A stretch of 62,998 bases of DNA, the filler included, from Octopus bimaculoides (lineage: Eukaryota), in the NCBI RefSeq assembly GCF_001194135.2. It is 5 parts of 5 records of this genome, joined end to end, with 100 filler letters (N's around TTAATTAATTAA, not from the genome) between each part and the next. Parts side by side here need not be neighbours in the genome. Positions count along the whole stretch, not along the records: positions 1 to 15,863 come from NC_068985.1; positions 15,964 to 31,942 come from NC_069009.1; 3 more parts are not named here. One strand, 5' to 3'. Below are positions 11,163-22,700 of this stretch, piece by piece. Every line of letters begins with the position of its first letter. Position 1 is the first letter of the stretch. Position numbers and translations under genes: made by a program. Below the pieces are notes generated by a model that did not search any database, was not told the DNA's origin, and worked only from the letters and a program-made list of their open reading frames with translations.

Positions 11163-11410
11163 GGGCATATGGCGTAGTGGTTAAGAGCGCGGGCTACTAA
11201 CCCCAAGATTCCGAGTTCGATTCCAGGCAGTGACCTGAATAATAATAATAATAGTAATAATAATAATAATAATAATAATATCGAAAAATACCTTAGGAAT
11301 GAGAACCCAGGTTCGAAATTTCCCCAAGAAAACCTGATGAAGCCTGGAGGGTGTATCAGCCGAAATGTTGATGAGGACAAATATCCGTCAAATGTAAATA
11401 ATGTAAATAA
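11163..11410 (+). mobile_element. tRNA-headed SINE with (AAT)n linker and hammerhead-like motif
   Basis: GGGCATATGGCGTAGTGGTTAAGAGC A-box, GAGTTCGATTCC B-box, (AAT)n, then CTGATGA-A-GCCTG...CAGCC-GAAA-TGTT at 11334-11369. Tail is TGTAAATAATGTAAATAAT. Confidence 0.75.
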
Positions 11411-11664
11411 TGAAGAATAAGCATCGTTCAATTCACAAATCCTCTGAAGCCTGTTGATACATTGAGTGGTGAACGATAGAGCTGAAAATGTGTAGATTGG
11501 CTGCTTCAAGTTTTTCTTACACGCGCTGTGTCGCTCATGAGTGATCCATTGGTTATTTAATCGCGCCGCTGGCAAATATGTATAGGGTATGAAGTGCCGT
11601 GTCGCAAGTTGAACAATGAAGAGTTATGGAGAGTGACACGTCTGAGTGAACCTCTGATTCATAC

Positions 11665-12465
<801 letters not shown>

Positions 12466-12825
12466 TCGCCTTGAATGGTTTTGAAGAACAAATCGATCCC
12501 AGCACTTATTTTCAAAGCAGCCTCTTTTGCTGAACTGGTAAGTTATAGCGATGTAAATAAACCGACAGCGGTTGTCAAGCGTTGGTAGAGACAAACAAAA
12601 ACACAAAATACATAAATATGTGCGAGTTTATGTATTTTGTGTTTTTGCTTTTCTGTATCAATGCTTGACAACCGGTGTTAGCTTATTTATATCTCTGTAA
12701 CTTACCGGTCCAACAAAAGAGACTGCTAAAATAAGTACGAGACTTAGAAAATAAGTACTTAGGCCGATTTGTTCGATGCCCCAGCATGGCCGCAGTTCCA
12801 TGACTGAAACAAATAAAAGATAAAA
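12466..12825. mobile_element. Two SINE family A 3' halves head-to-head, joined by a perfect 16-bp hairpin
   Basis: Minus half about 12466-12600 and plus half about 12643-12825. ACACAAAATACATAAA (12601-12616) / TTTATGTATTTTGTGT (12627-12642). Confidence 0.7.
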
Positions 12826-12904
12826 GAAATCTGGAAAAAAATTACGGAGATTTTTCTGATGAACGGAGAGGTTGTTTGAAATCGCCATAGTGTTACGAGT
12901 ATTC

Positions 12905-13118
12905 TTTTCTACTCTAGGCACAAGGCCCGAAATTTTTGTGGGGTGGGGAGCCAGTCGATTAGATTGACCCCAGTACGCAACTGGTACTTAATTTATCGAC
13001 CCCGAAAAGATTAAAAAGCAAAGTCGACCTCGGCGGAATTTGAACTCAGAACGTAAGGACAGACGAAATACTTGCTAAGCATTTCACCCTGCGTGCTAAC
13101 GTTTCTGTTAGCTCGCTG
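12905..13118 (-). mobile_element. SINE family C
   Basis: Reverse complement of the family C consensus. Confidence 0.85.
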
Positions 13119-13550
13119 CTTTACAGTGTTACGCGTATTACCAGCATTTCAAATCTGGAAGAATATTCAACGCCTAGTGCTTGTTTCCACCTCTCAGACG
13201 GTCCAATGAGGGGACAACTTTCCTTTAATATGAACGATGAAGATCTGTTAAAATAGCCATCCGGTTGTCTGAGGTTTCCAAAGAAGCAGGTATCTGTGAA
13301 AAAACTGTGTTGCATGAATTTATGTTTGTGTACCATTCCACTTATATCCAATCACAGAGGATGTCTTCTATTTTTGCCTCTCATCTCAACCCCGAAGAAA
13401 AACCATGTCTGAATAGTAAGATGTTCTATCCTGTCACCATCACAGAAAATATAATACATGATTTCTATGCATGAATATATATCCGAATACACACATATAT
13501 GCATGTATAGATATATTTATGTATACACATATATAAATATATATATATAC

Positions 13551-13955
13551 AGGTGCAGGCGTAGCTGTGTAGTAAGTAGTTTGCTTCCGAACAACATAGT
13601 TCCGGGTTCAGTCCCACTGCGTGACACCTTGGGCAAATGTCTTCTACTATAGCCTCGGGCCGACCAAAGCCTTGTGAGTAGATTTGGTGGACGGAAACTG
13701 AAAGAAGCCCATCGTGTATATATATATATATATGTATGTATGTATATATGTATTTGTGTGTTTGTCCCTCCACCATCGCTTGACAACCGATCTTAATCAG
13801 TTTACGTCCCCGTAACTTAGCGGTTCGGCAAAAGGGGCCGATAGATTAAGTGCTAGGTTTACAAAGAATAAGTCCTGGGGTCGATTCATTCTACCAAAAA
13901 GGTGGTGCTCCAGCATGATCGCAGTAAACTGACTGAAACAAGTAAAAGAAAGGAT
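13551..13955 (+). mobile_element. SINE family A, full length
   Basis: Head, core, microsatellite and tail all present. Confidence 0.9.
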
Positions 13956-13994
13956 AAAAGACCAGACACTTATATTTAAACGTATCGATCTCTT

Positions 13995-14270
13995 TTACTA
14001 CTGCGAATGCAAGGCCTGAACTGTGCCATCGATTTCCAGTTCATGTTAAAATGTGAAGTTTTTTCATTCAATAGCCATTTGTGTCTCACCAATGATGTGA
14101 CGTCACTTATTTCCTGGATTTTAAAAGAGGAATTTTGGTTGTTGAGTCTGATCTTGAAAGGGCCTGCCGTTTCGCCCACCACATCTCTGCTGTTCTCTTC
14201 TTGATGGGATCAATCGGAACTACCTCTGCCTCATACACGGTGGCTTCTGTATTACACTTACAGTATAGTG
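13995..14270 (-). pseudogene. Penelope-like element GIY-YIG endonuclease remnant
   Basis: CNTEATVYEAEV, then after a frameshift VGETAGPFKIRLNNQNSSFK...VTSLVRHKWLLNEKTSHFNMNWKSMAQFRP. This matches the PLE pattern C..K.VVY...YIG.T...FK.R.NNH.SSF...T.LS..IW.L......I.W. Confidence 0.7.
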
Positions 14271-14596
14271 GTCATGTGACGTTACTTCTGCATGAGGTAT
14301 TACTTTTATATTCATATGAAAACATTGATCTACGTGATATCACTACCAAAATGAAACTTTTGCTTCATTTTCTTGATTTTTAACCAAGGATTGATAAAAT
14401 ATAAAAGAATTTCGATATGAATAAAGTTGGAGCGCCAGGTGAAATAAAATCACGCTGAATTTGATACGTGGTCCATAGCTTGCTGACTCCTGGAACAGAA
14501 TAGAGTAGAATGAATGCGAGGGTGCATGTGTTTGTGTGTGATCTATACTACCTACGTAAAGTATGTGTGTTGTTTAAACGCCATAAACTGCGGTTT

Positions 14597-14975
14597 TTCA
14601 TCTGGGAAAAATCCGTTAAAAATGTATAGGGCTAAAAAAGAGCTAGGCGAAACAAAATCGCCCGAGACATGATCATGTGAGTGACAGATACGTATTTCAC
14701 CATAGTCACAACTTATCAGCGTCGCATATCAGTGTCGTCTCCGAGACGAAATGGAATCAATAATATAATATATTGATTACAATATATACTTCAGACTAGC
14801 GGATTCGATTTTGTTTCAGAACTGACACGGGTAAGCGACATTGATTAGCTGCAACTACGGCGAAATACCTATTTATCGCTTTTATGATCATTTCTGGGGC
14901 GATTTCGTTTCGCTTAGCTCTGAAGACTGTTGTATTTTTCTACACTATACGTCTTCAAAATGATTTTTCAAGAAC
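14597..14975. repeat. Long degenerate inverted repeat (old foldback element)
   Basis: AGAGCTAGGCGAAACAAAATCGCCCGAGACATGATCAT (about 14640) versus ATGATCATTTCTGGGGCGATTTCGTTTCGCTTAGCTCT (about 14885). Alignment continues inward and outward with mostly transition mismatches. Confidence 0.75.
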
Positions 14976-16149
14976 GAAAATCTACAACTTCGGTCATTTA
15001 AACAACATACATTCGTTATTTATGTTGTATTGATAATGTTCACATTATAAAACTGCTTTTACTGCACAATTTAAATTTATTCAGCTTATGTATGTATGTA
15101 TGTATGTTATCAATCAGTTTCATTTCTGTATTTCTTGTCAATAGAGAAAGAGCCGGACTCTAACATAGATTCAAGGCTCCTATGAGTGTATGTGCATCGA
15201 GGAGTCAGCTGGATTATAGATATAATGTACCCAAAGGTCTTCCACAATATCTGTTTACTCAGTTTCACCCAAAGAGTTTGAATCAGCCCGTCTACTCACG
15301 CACGCACTCACACACACATACACATTATATATCCACAATAAAAGTAACAAACGATTTTATTACCACTCAGGTACCACAAATTTTAATACAACATTGACCA
15401 ATGAATAGATTTCAATCCATCCCAACGGTAAGATACCAATTCTTACGAACGGGTAAATAGATAAAGACCAAACCAACTGTAAAATATTGAATTTTTTTCT
15501 TTTTTTCCTGAAACAAACAGAGCGTGCAACTCTAACGTTCTTATAAACGAAAACAAAAAAAAAAAAATATGTACGGGAGTGGGGGAAATTGACTGAGACA
15601 GTCACAGCCTTTAAATATTGTGTTCTCGTTATCTTTTCTTAAAATTTTTTTTTTTTTTTACTCCTACTCATGGGTAGTTATTATATTTTACCTTCATTAG
15701 TTCATTTTTGTTTTTCACTATTTATATGAGTAATATATTACAATTAACCGCTCAAGAGGTGAAATTCTAATTCAGTTTTCAGGGTATTGAACCAAGTATT
15801 GTCTATGTAGGTACAGAGTATTTTTTACATCGCTCTTCACATTGAACCGATTCTTATATATATNNNNNNNNNNNNNNNNNNNNNNNNNNNNNNNNNNNNN
15901 NNNNNNNTTAATTAATTAANNNNNNNNNNNNNNNNNNNNNNNNNNNNNNNNNNNNNNNNNNNNACTTTCAAACTTCGTATACTTGTATATTTTGTGTTGT
16001 AGAACAGATAAAAAATTTTGTATTCGAAGTTATTTCATGTAAAAAATTGTCGTATTTCAGTAATTTAAAGTCTGGTCATAGAGCGACCAATAGTTTCCCA
16101 TCTACTAAAGCCGCAGCCTTATGGACGGCTCATCAGACTCTCTTTCTCT

Positions 16150-16183
<34 letters not shown>

Positions 16184-16740
16184 GTGTGTCTTTGTGATCG
16201 TTCCCCACCACCTGACAACTGGTGTCGGTTTGATTACGTCCCTATAGGATAGCGGGCCGGCAAAAGATATCAATAAGATAAGAACCAAGCTTTAAAAATA
16301 CGCCATTTGTTCGTGTGAGACTCTCGAAAACGGTGCTTCGTTATGGCTGCAGTCCAATGACTGATACAACACGCGCTAGTAGCGGAAAACGTGATCGGCG
16401 CAAAACAGATAAAGAAGCTTAAAAGTATAACAATAATCAGAATGACGACGGCAACAACGAGGACGAGAAATATGATCGACCATATCTCGAATTACATCGG
16501 GCACGAATTTAGTTAATGCGAAACTGCGGCTTCTTGCACTCAACTGGCTGTCGTGCACTTGTCATCGCAACCCGGTCTGGTTCGTGCTACGAGCACGTGT
16601 TCACCTTCCTCGTCGTCATGATGCACCGCAGCCCTAGTTTCTCTCATCTTCCTGCACCGAGACACACGCGATGCTAACATAACAACGCGGTATTTTTATA
16701 TACATATACGTACCTATATACACCAATCTGTAAATACAAA

Positions 16741-16785
<45 letters not shown>

Positions 16786-18061
16786 CTTTATATTTATACG
16801 GAGAATCTGAATTAATTTATATTTAACTTCAGATGTTTTCTTCTTGCAATTAAGCACAATCAACACGCTTATACACACATAATTACGGAGTATTGTAATC
16901 AAGTTAAATTATACTGTAAAATATCCGTACCCTATTAAATGTACTGACACGCATATATATATTTATACGTGTATATATATGTATATACATCAGTATAAGC
17001 GGATTATTTTATAACTTCGTTAAACCGAAAAGCAATTTCGTTAATCATCTGTACACACACACATACATTTNNNNNNNNNNATTAAAATCAATTTATAAAA
17101 AATTAAAATTAATAAAACTATATTATATAAGTTTAACAATATTCATTAAAAGAAATAGCATTATCTTATAATATCTACCCCACCAGATCCTCTTTTTTAT
17201 CCGACTTCTTATCACTTGAAAAATATAGAAATATTTATTAAAATAAACGCCGGTTTTAAATTATTACTTTATATTTGTCCCAACACCTGACGCACTTATA
17301 TATAAAAAACATATATATACATATATACACAAACAATACAGACGCAGTTACGCAGAACTCACTTCAGTTTTAAGATATTGTAAATATATATTCATTAAAA
17401 CTACTCCGGCTTTAAATTTAATTATATAATATTTGTCCCACCACGTATATATATATATATATATGCAACCACAGCTCAGAAGTAAACATAACCCTCTTCC
17501 TTTTATGCCCATCTCATCGAAACTTTTTAGAATATCTAACTATTGGAAAATATTTATTTTAAACCTCGAAATATAACTTTATAATACTTGCCCCTCTCAC
17601 GAAACGTACCATCGTATTTATATGTATAGACAACAGATAGGCAATGACGCCTTCCTATTAAGCTCACCTCATAACTTTAAGAATATTTAACTCTAGACCA
17701 ATATTCATTTCAAATTAAAACAGCTTTGGATTTATTTTATAATATTTGTCCCACCTCGAAACGAGACGAAACTGTTTTGGTTATGCCTACTTCCTCATTC
17801 GACTATAGAAAAAAAAACATTCATTTCAAGGTACAATAGCTTTAAATTTAACCTAATATTCGTCCCCACCGCGGATCGCACCAAACGCAAACAGAAATAT
17901 TACTACACAACTCTCATCGCTTTATCTCTCTTCCTCATCATCACTTTTTGAAATACATAATTCCAGAAAAATGTTCATTTAAAACAAGCAGCGGTTTCAC
18001 TACCACCGCCACCAGACTTCACAACCCAGCCCAAGCCTTACATTTTTCTGTATTCTAAAAG

Positions 18062-18321
18062 CAAACCCCCCACTCATCGTTTCTTGCTTCCCGGCCCTCA
18101 ATCTTCCTAAGAGAGGAAATAGTGAGAGATTAAACGAGAATTATGAGGACAAAACAAATATTTGTGTAGATGAAAACCGCGTCAGGGGTGATTCACGTCT
18201 CCCTGTTCTTCCATTCGCCAATTTCTGCCCAAAGAGCAAGAAATTAACAAGGATTCTTCACTCTCCGTTCAGCATGAACACAACCAATTCGCTCCCTAAC
18301 GCACAAAAGCCTCACTCACAT
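18062..18321 (+). CDS. Candidate coding exon of an unidentified gene
   Basis: Stop-free frame from 17983 to a perfect donor CAT|GTAAGT (18322). Pyrimidine-rich acceptor ...ttttctgtattctaaaag| at 18061. In-frame ATG at 18274 gives MNTTNSLPNAQKPHSH. No recognisable homology. Confidence 0.35.
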
Positions 18322-18721
18322 GTAAGTTCGAATTTATACATTATTCTCTTCTTTCTTTCCGTCTTTCTTCTCCTCTTTTCATTTCCTTCCTTTTTCCTGT
18401 CTCTTTAGTTCTTTCTTTCTTTCTCTCGTTCCGTCTACCGGCATTTTTTTTAATGTTTTTCGTTTGTTTTCATAGTGTTTTTTCCCCCCAATTTTTTTAT
18501 TTTTATTTGGAAATTAAAAGAAAAAAAAGTTTTATCATTTTAATTACAGCTTAACTCTCATTTTTCCCTCCTAAATTTTCATTTTTCCTACTTCGATGCT
18601 TTTTCTTCTTTTTTCTTCCACCCCACTCACTCCTCTCCTGTTTATCACATACACATATAAATGATACACACACTTGCAGATGGGGCAATATGCCTCTTAT
18701 TTCGAGATTTATATTGTGTGC

Positions 18722-18758
<37 letters not shown>

Positions 18759-19379
18759 CATACATACACACCCACGTGTCTATGTTTATGCATGTCCACA
18801 CCCATATCATTACAGACCTGTGTATGCATACATTTGTTTATCATACTCATGCCTATTTACACTTGCACATGTAATAATATATATATATATATATACATAC
18901 ATATACATACACACCTTTCCAGAATAGTGTAGTCTGTAACTTCCTAGTTACTGCTCGATGAAAGCAAAGCAAACCGAAACTTCAAAGTCACTGACAAGAA
19001 CACTATTCTTGTGAAAGAATAGTTATGCTGTACTCTACAGACAGTATTGAGTCGTTCATCAATTTAGTGTTATATATATATATATATATATATACGCACA
19101 CGACACCCCTATATGTATCTGTATACGAGGGTGTATAGTACGTGTATGTTATCGTGTATAAAACGACAATTCTGTTTGTGTACAAACAGGGCTAGAAAGG
19201 ACACCCAGAGTCTCAGATTAAAACGGCACGCCTTATAAAAAAGGGATCGGCACATTGTACAATGCTCACCAATGTGTATAAATGAAAGTCAGGATGGCCA
19301 CTGGTGGAGCGCTTTGCATCATATATCTGCTGTCATTGCTGACCTGGGTCAAACAGTTGAACAGCTACCAAAGTTTCTC

Positions 19380-19533
19380 GGTACTACTAAAGCAGCACGG
19401 TCGCGAGTGGTCGATCCTAACCCTAACCCTAAACACGTATTCATTTGCACACGCGGGTTAGGGATAGGGTTAGGGTTAGGGTTAGGGATAGGGTTAGCTA
19501 GCGCGTTCGGGACCGTGCTGCTTTAGTAGTACC
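19380..19533. mobile_element. Merlin-like MITE (family M1) with telomeric repeats
   Basis: Perfect 23-bp TIR GGTACTACTAAAGCAGCACGGTC. 8-bp TSD AGTTTCTC/AGTTTCTG (19372-19379 and 19534-19541). Internal CCCTAA x2 and about six TTAGGG/ATAGGG units. Confidence 0.85.
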
Positions 19534-19540
19534 AGTTTCT

Positions 19541-19775
19541 GTGTATGTATGTGTGCGTGTGTTTTTGTTTGTCCCCTCCTCATCGCTTGACAATCGGTGT
19601 TCGTTTATTTACGTTCCCCGTAACTTAGCGGTTTGGCAAAAGAGACGGACAGAAATAAGATCCCAATCTTACAAAAATATGTGCTGTGGTCGATGTGTTC
19701 CACTAAAAAAACATGAAAATATATTGAAGGCATTGCTACTGCATGGCCGCAGACCAATGACTGAAACATTTAAAT
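19541..19775 (+). mobile_element. SINE family A 3' half (diverged)
   Basis: CATCGCTTGACAATCGGTG...CGTAACTTAGCGGTTTGGCAAAAGAGAC...TGACTGAAAC. Confidence 0.8.
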
Positions 19776-19919
19776 GTATAAGTGTTATGTGTTTAACCCT
19801 TGGTCAGTCTTGAGTGGGTAGTGTGGTGATCCTAGTCGGCCCAGCTAAGACCATCTCCGTCCTTTTTCTAGATCTTTGTGATACTATGATACGCCATGCA
19901 GTAATTTGTCCCGCCCTTT

Positions 19920-20620
19920 TTTTTTTAATTTGAACAAGTGAGGGAGATTTAGTTGTTATTTCTGTGCATTTGAACGACCACATACAACCTCAACCATGCT
20001 CTGGAACAAAGAGCAGTCCTCAAAATGCCTGCCAAAGAGTCGCACCATCTATGCAGAATACTACGTCTCTGTGGGACGGATTGCAATGGAGCTTTGAAGC
20101 GGAAACGCTGTAGAAAGCTGAGCCGTGGTGTCCTGTTTTTGCAGGACAGTGCACCAGTACACACAGCACATGAAATTCTATGGAAAACACGCGACTTTGG
20201 CTTCGAATTAGTAGACCATCCACCTTAGTCTCCCGACTTGTACCCCGACCCTCCGTCTGTCACCTCTTTCCACAACTGTAGAAACATCGCAAGGGAACGA
20301 AATTTCATTCCGACTCGGGAGTCCAGCCTTCCATGTTCTTTTTGCGGGGCTCAGAAAAACTGAAGGGCCTCTGCAATAAGTGTGTGAACCTGAGAGGGAA
20401 ATCGTGTTGAATAAAATCATAATTAACTGATCCTCCTGTATTTTCGGTAATTTTTCAGATTAACACCCGCACGATCTTCACTAAGGTGTTAAGGATTACG
20501 GTTAGGGTGAAGGAATTCCGCCCCTAACCCTAACGCCCTAGAGAAGATCGCGCGGATGCTAATCTGAAAAATTACCGTATTTTCTTTTACCCAAAGCCAG
20601 GAACTTTTCAGCACCCTTCG
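19920..20620 (+). pseudogene. Mariner transposase remnant with right TIR
   Basis: ALKRKRCRKLSRGVLFLQDSAPVHTA...GFELVDHPP*SPDL corresponds to the mariner QDNAP..H and HPPYSPDLAP motifs. TIR ...CCCAAAGCCAGGAACTTTTCAGCACCCTTCG. Confidence 0.85.
20446..20576. mobile_element. Merlin-like palindromic MITE (family M2) nested in the mariner TIR
   Basis: TIR GGTAATTTTTCAGATTA(A/G)CA(C/T)CCGC(A/G)CGATCTT. Perfect 8-bp TSD GTATTTTC (20438-20445 and 20577-20584). TTAGGG/CCCTAA units in the centre. Confidence 0.9.
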
Positions 20621-21736
20621 TGTGTGTGTGTATATATATAGTAAAGCTTATTTGCCAACTTCAAGTGGCAGTCCTGATTAGGACGAATGGTAATGTTATT
20701 TAGCCCCAGGAAACCTCGTGGACTACCACTGGAGTATTGTTACTGCATGTTTCTCGATCAGAGATTTAGAACTAATATTTTCTGTCTCTCTCTCTCACTA
20801 TCTATCTATCTATCTATAACTCTTCGAAACGCCAGTGTTATAACAGTGGCAGCTGATGAAGGAAATGTTCTCTATGTGGCCTGTGTGTTTTCTGTACCCT
20901 GTTTATCATTTTCTCCATGTTTTTTTTTTGCAACGTCCTGTACCCAGATATGCATCTATATATACATGTAGATGTAGGTATGTACATACATGTACATATA
21001 TATATGTTTTAATGAGAGGCGGAGGAGGAAGTGTGGGAGGAAAAGCTTTATGTAAAGTGAGAGAGAGGAGGTGTAAATATCTCAAGGCGGAGGAGAAAGG
21101 CCAACGGACTTCTGGAGACTGAAGAGAGAGAGAGAGATGTGCATAAGTGACCTCAGGGAGAAAGAGAACATCTGGTAATCGTCTGTGGATCAGTGAGAGA
21201 GGGGGATACGATAAGAAAGAGAGGGATAAAATAAGCAAGAGAGAGAGAGGGAGCGAATGATGTGAGGGGAAGAGGAGAGGTGGGAGGAAAAAGGACGATA
21301 ATATGTGAGGGAGGGACGAAGTAAGAAAAAAGACGGGAATAAAGTAAGAGAAAGAGTTGTGCATGGGTTGTGGGGAAGAGGAGAAATGCCTATATAAGCC
21401 TGTAGACCACTAAGAGAAAGAGAGGGAGGTGTATAAGATAAAGAGGGAGGGAGAACGTGTAGGAATTTGTCCCATTTAAAGGCAGTTGGGTGTAATTCTT
21501 GGGAAATATAACCGTTTCTTACTATCATCAGCTCCAGAGATAAAAACCTGTGGCTACATATCTACCATTCCATTTTGGCAGATGCTTACATCTCTATTTT
21601 TTCTTCTTCTTCAGTAGTTTGTTAATTAAATAAATAAATAAATGAATTTGGGACATTTTTAATTAATGTTTTTGATATAATAGTTCTTAGAGGGAAATAT
21701 TTCATGAGCGTTTATTAATATTAATGGTAGGCATAG

Positions 21737-22030
21737 GCATATAGCTGTGTGGTAAAGAAGTTTGCTTCCCAACCACATGGTTCTGCATTCAGTCCCACTG
21801 GATGGCATCTTGTGTGCAAAAATGTCTTCTACTCCAGCCTTGGACCAACAAAATCCTTGTGAGTGGATTTGGTCGATGGAAACTGAAAGAAGCCTGTCGT
21901 GTGTGTGTGTTCATCTCACCAATTTGGCTAAAACCTTTGAAGATGGTGCCCCAGTATGACCACAATCAAATGACTGTCACAAGTAAAAGATGAATATATA
22001 TATATGTGTGTGTGTGTATATATATATGTG

Positions 22031-22066
<36 letters not shown>

Positions 22067-22210
22067 TATATATATATACACGCACACATCTATATCTTTG
22101 TGTGTCTGTGTCCCCACCTCCACTGCTCAACAGTTGGTGTCGGTTTGTTTACATCCCCTTAACTTGGTGGTTCGGCATAAGAGATCGATAGAATAAGCAC
22201 CAGGCTTTGA
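21737..22210 (+). mobile_element. Rearranged SINE family A copies
   Basis: Head and core at 21737-21900 joined to a tail at about 21990, then a second 3' half at about 22095-22210. Confidence 0.75.
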
Positions 22211-22367
22211 AAATACATGTAGTGGGGAGTTGATTCATTCCATGTCAGGTCCTTAGAAGATGAGACCCCTCAACTGAGGAGGGGAGTAGTATTGAGGAAG
22301 GAAAGAAGGAAGGGGCTTTGTGCCAGGTGATAGGCGATTAGGGTATGAGTTGAGGGAGAAATCACCA

Positions 22368-22700
22368 TCATCATTTAACGTCTGATTTCCATGCTGCCAT
22401 GGGTTGGACAGGTGCTAGGGAGCTATCCAGGCTCCCTGTCTGTTTTGGCATGGTTTCTACGGCTGGATCCCCTTCCTAATGCCAACCACTCTACAGAGTG
22501 TACTGGGTGCTCCTTACGCAGCACTGGCACAGATGGTTTTTTACTCGGCACCACGGACCCACAAGCTTAGGAAAGCTCAGCCAGAAAGGGATGAAAGCAG
22601 CCATGCTTTTTACTTAATGTGCCTTCTCAAGCACAGCAAACTGCCGGAGGTCTTGGCCCCCCTGTCATTCCTGCTGTGAGACCCAGTGTCCGAATAATCT
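22368..22700 (-). mobile_element. RTE-tail-type SINE (family D)
   Basis: CATCATCATTTAACGTCTGATTTCCATGCTGCCATGGGTTGGAC...GGATCCCCTTCCTAATGCCAACCACTC. Confidence 0.7.

Noticed and set aside
15908-15919. TTAATTAATTAA island inside N-runs (also 31987-31998, 49052-49063, 56011-56022)
   Set aside because: An identical 12-mer centred in equal-sized gaps that gives stops in all six frames: an assembly spacer, not biology.
21050-21460. Purine-rich tract giving 112-152 aa Leu/Ser/Pro ORFs on the minus strand
   Set aside because: Low-complexity GA-rich sequence; the stop-poor composition explains the ORFs.
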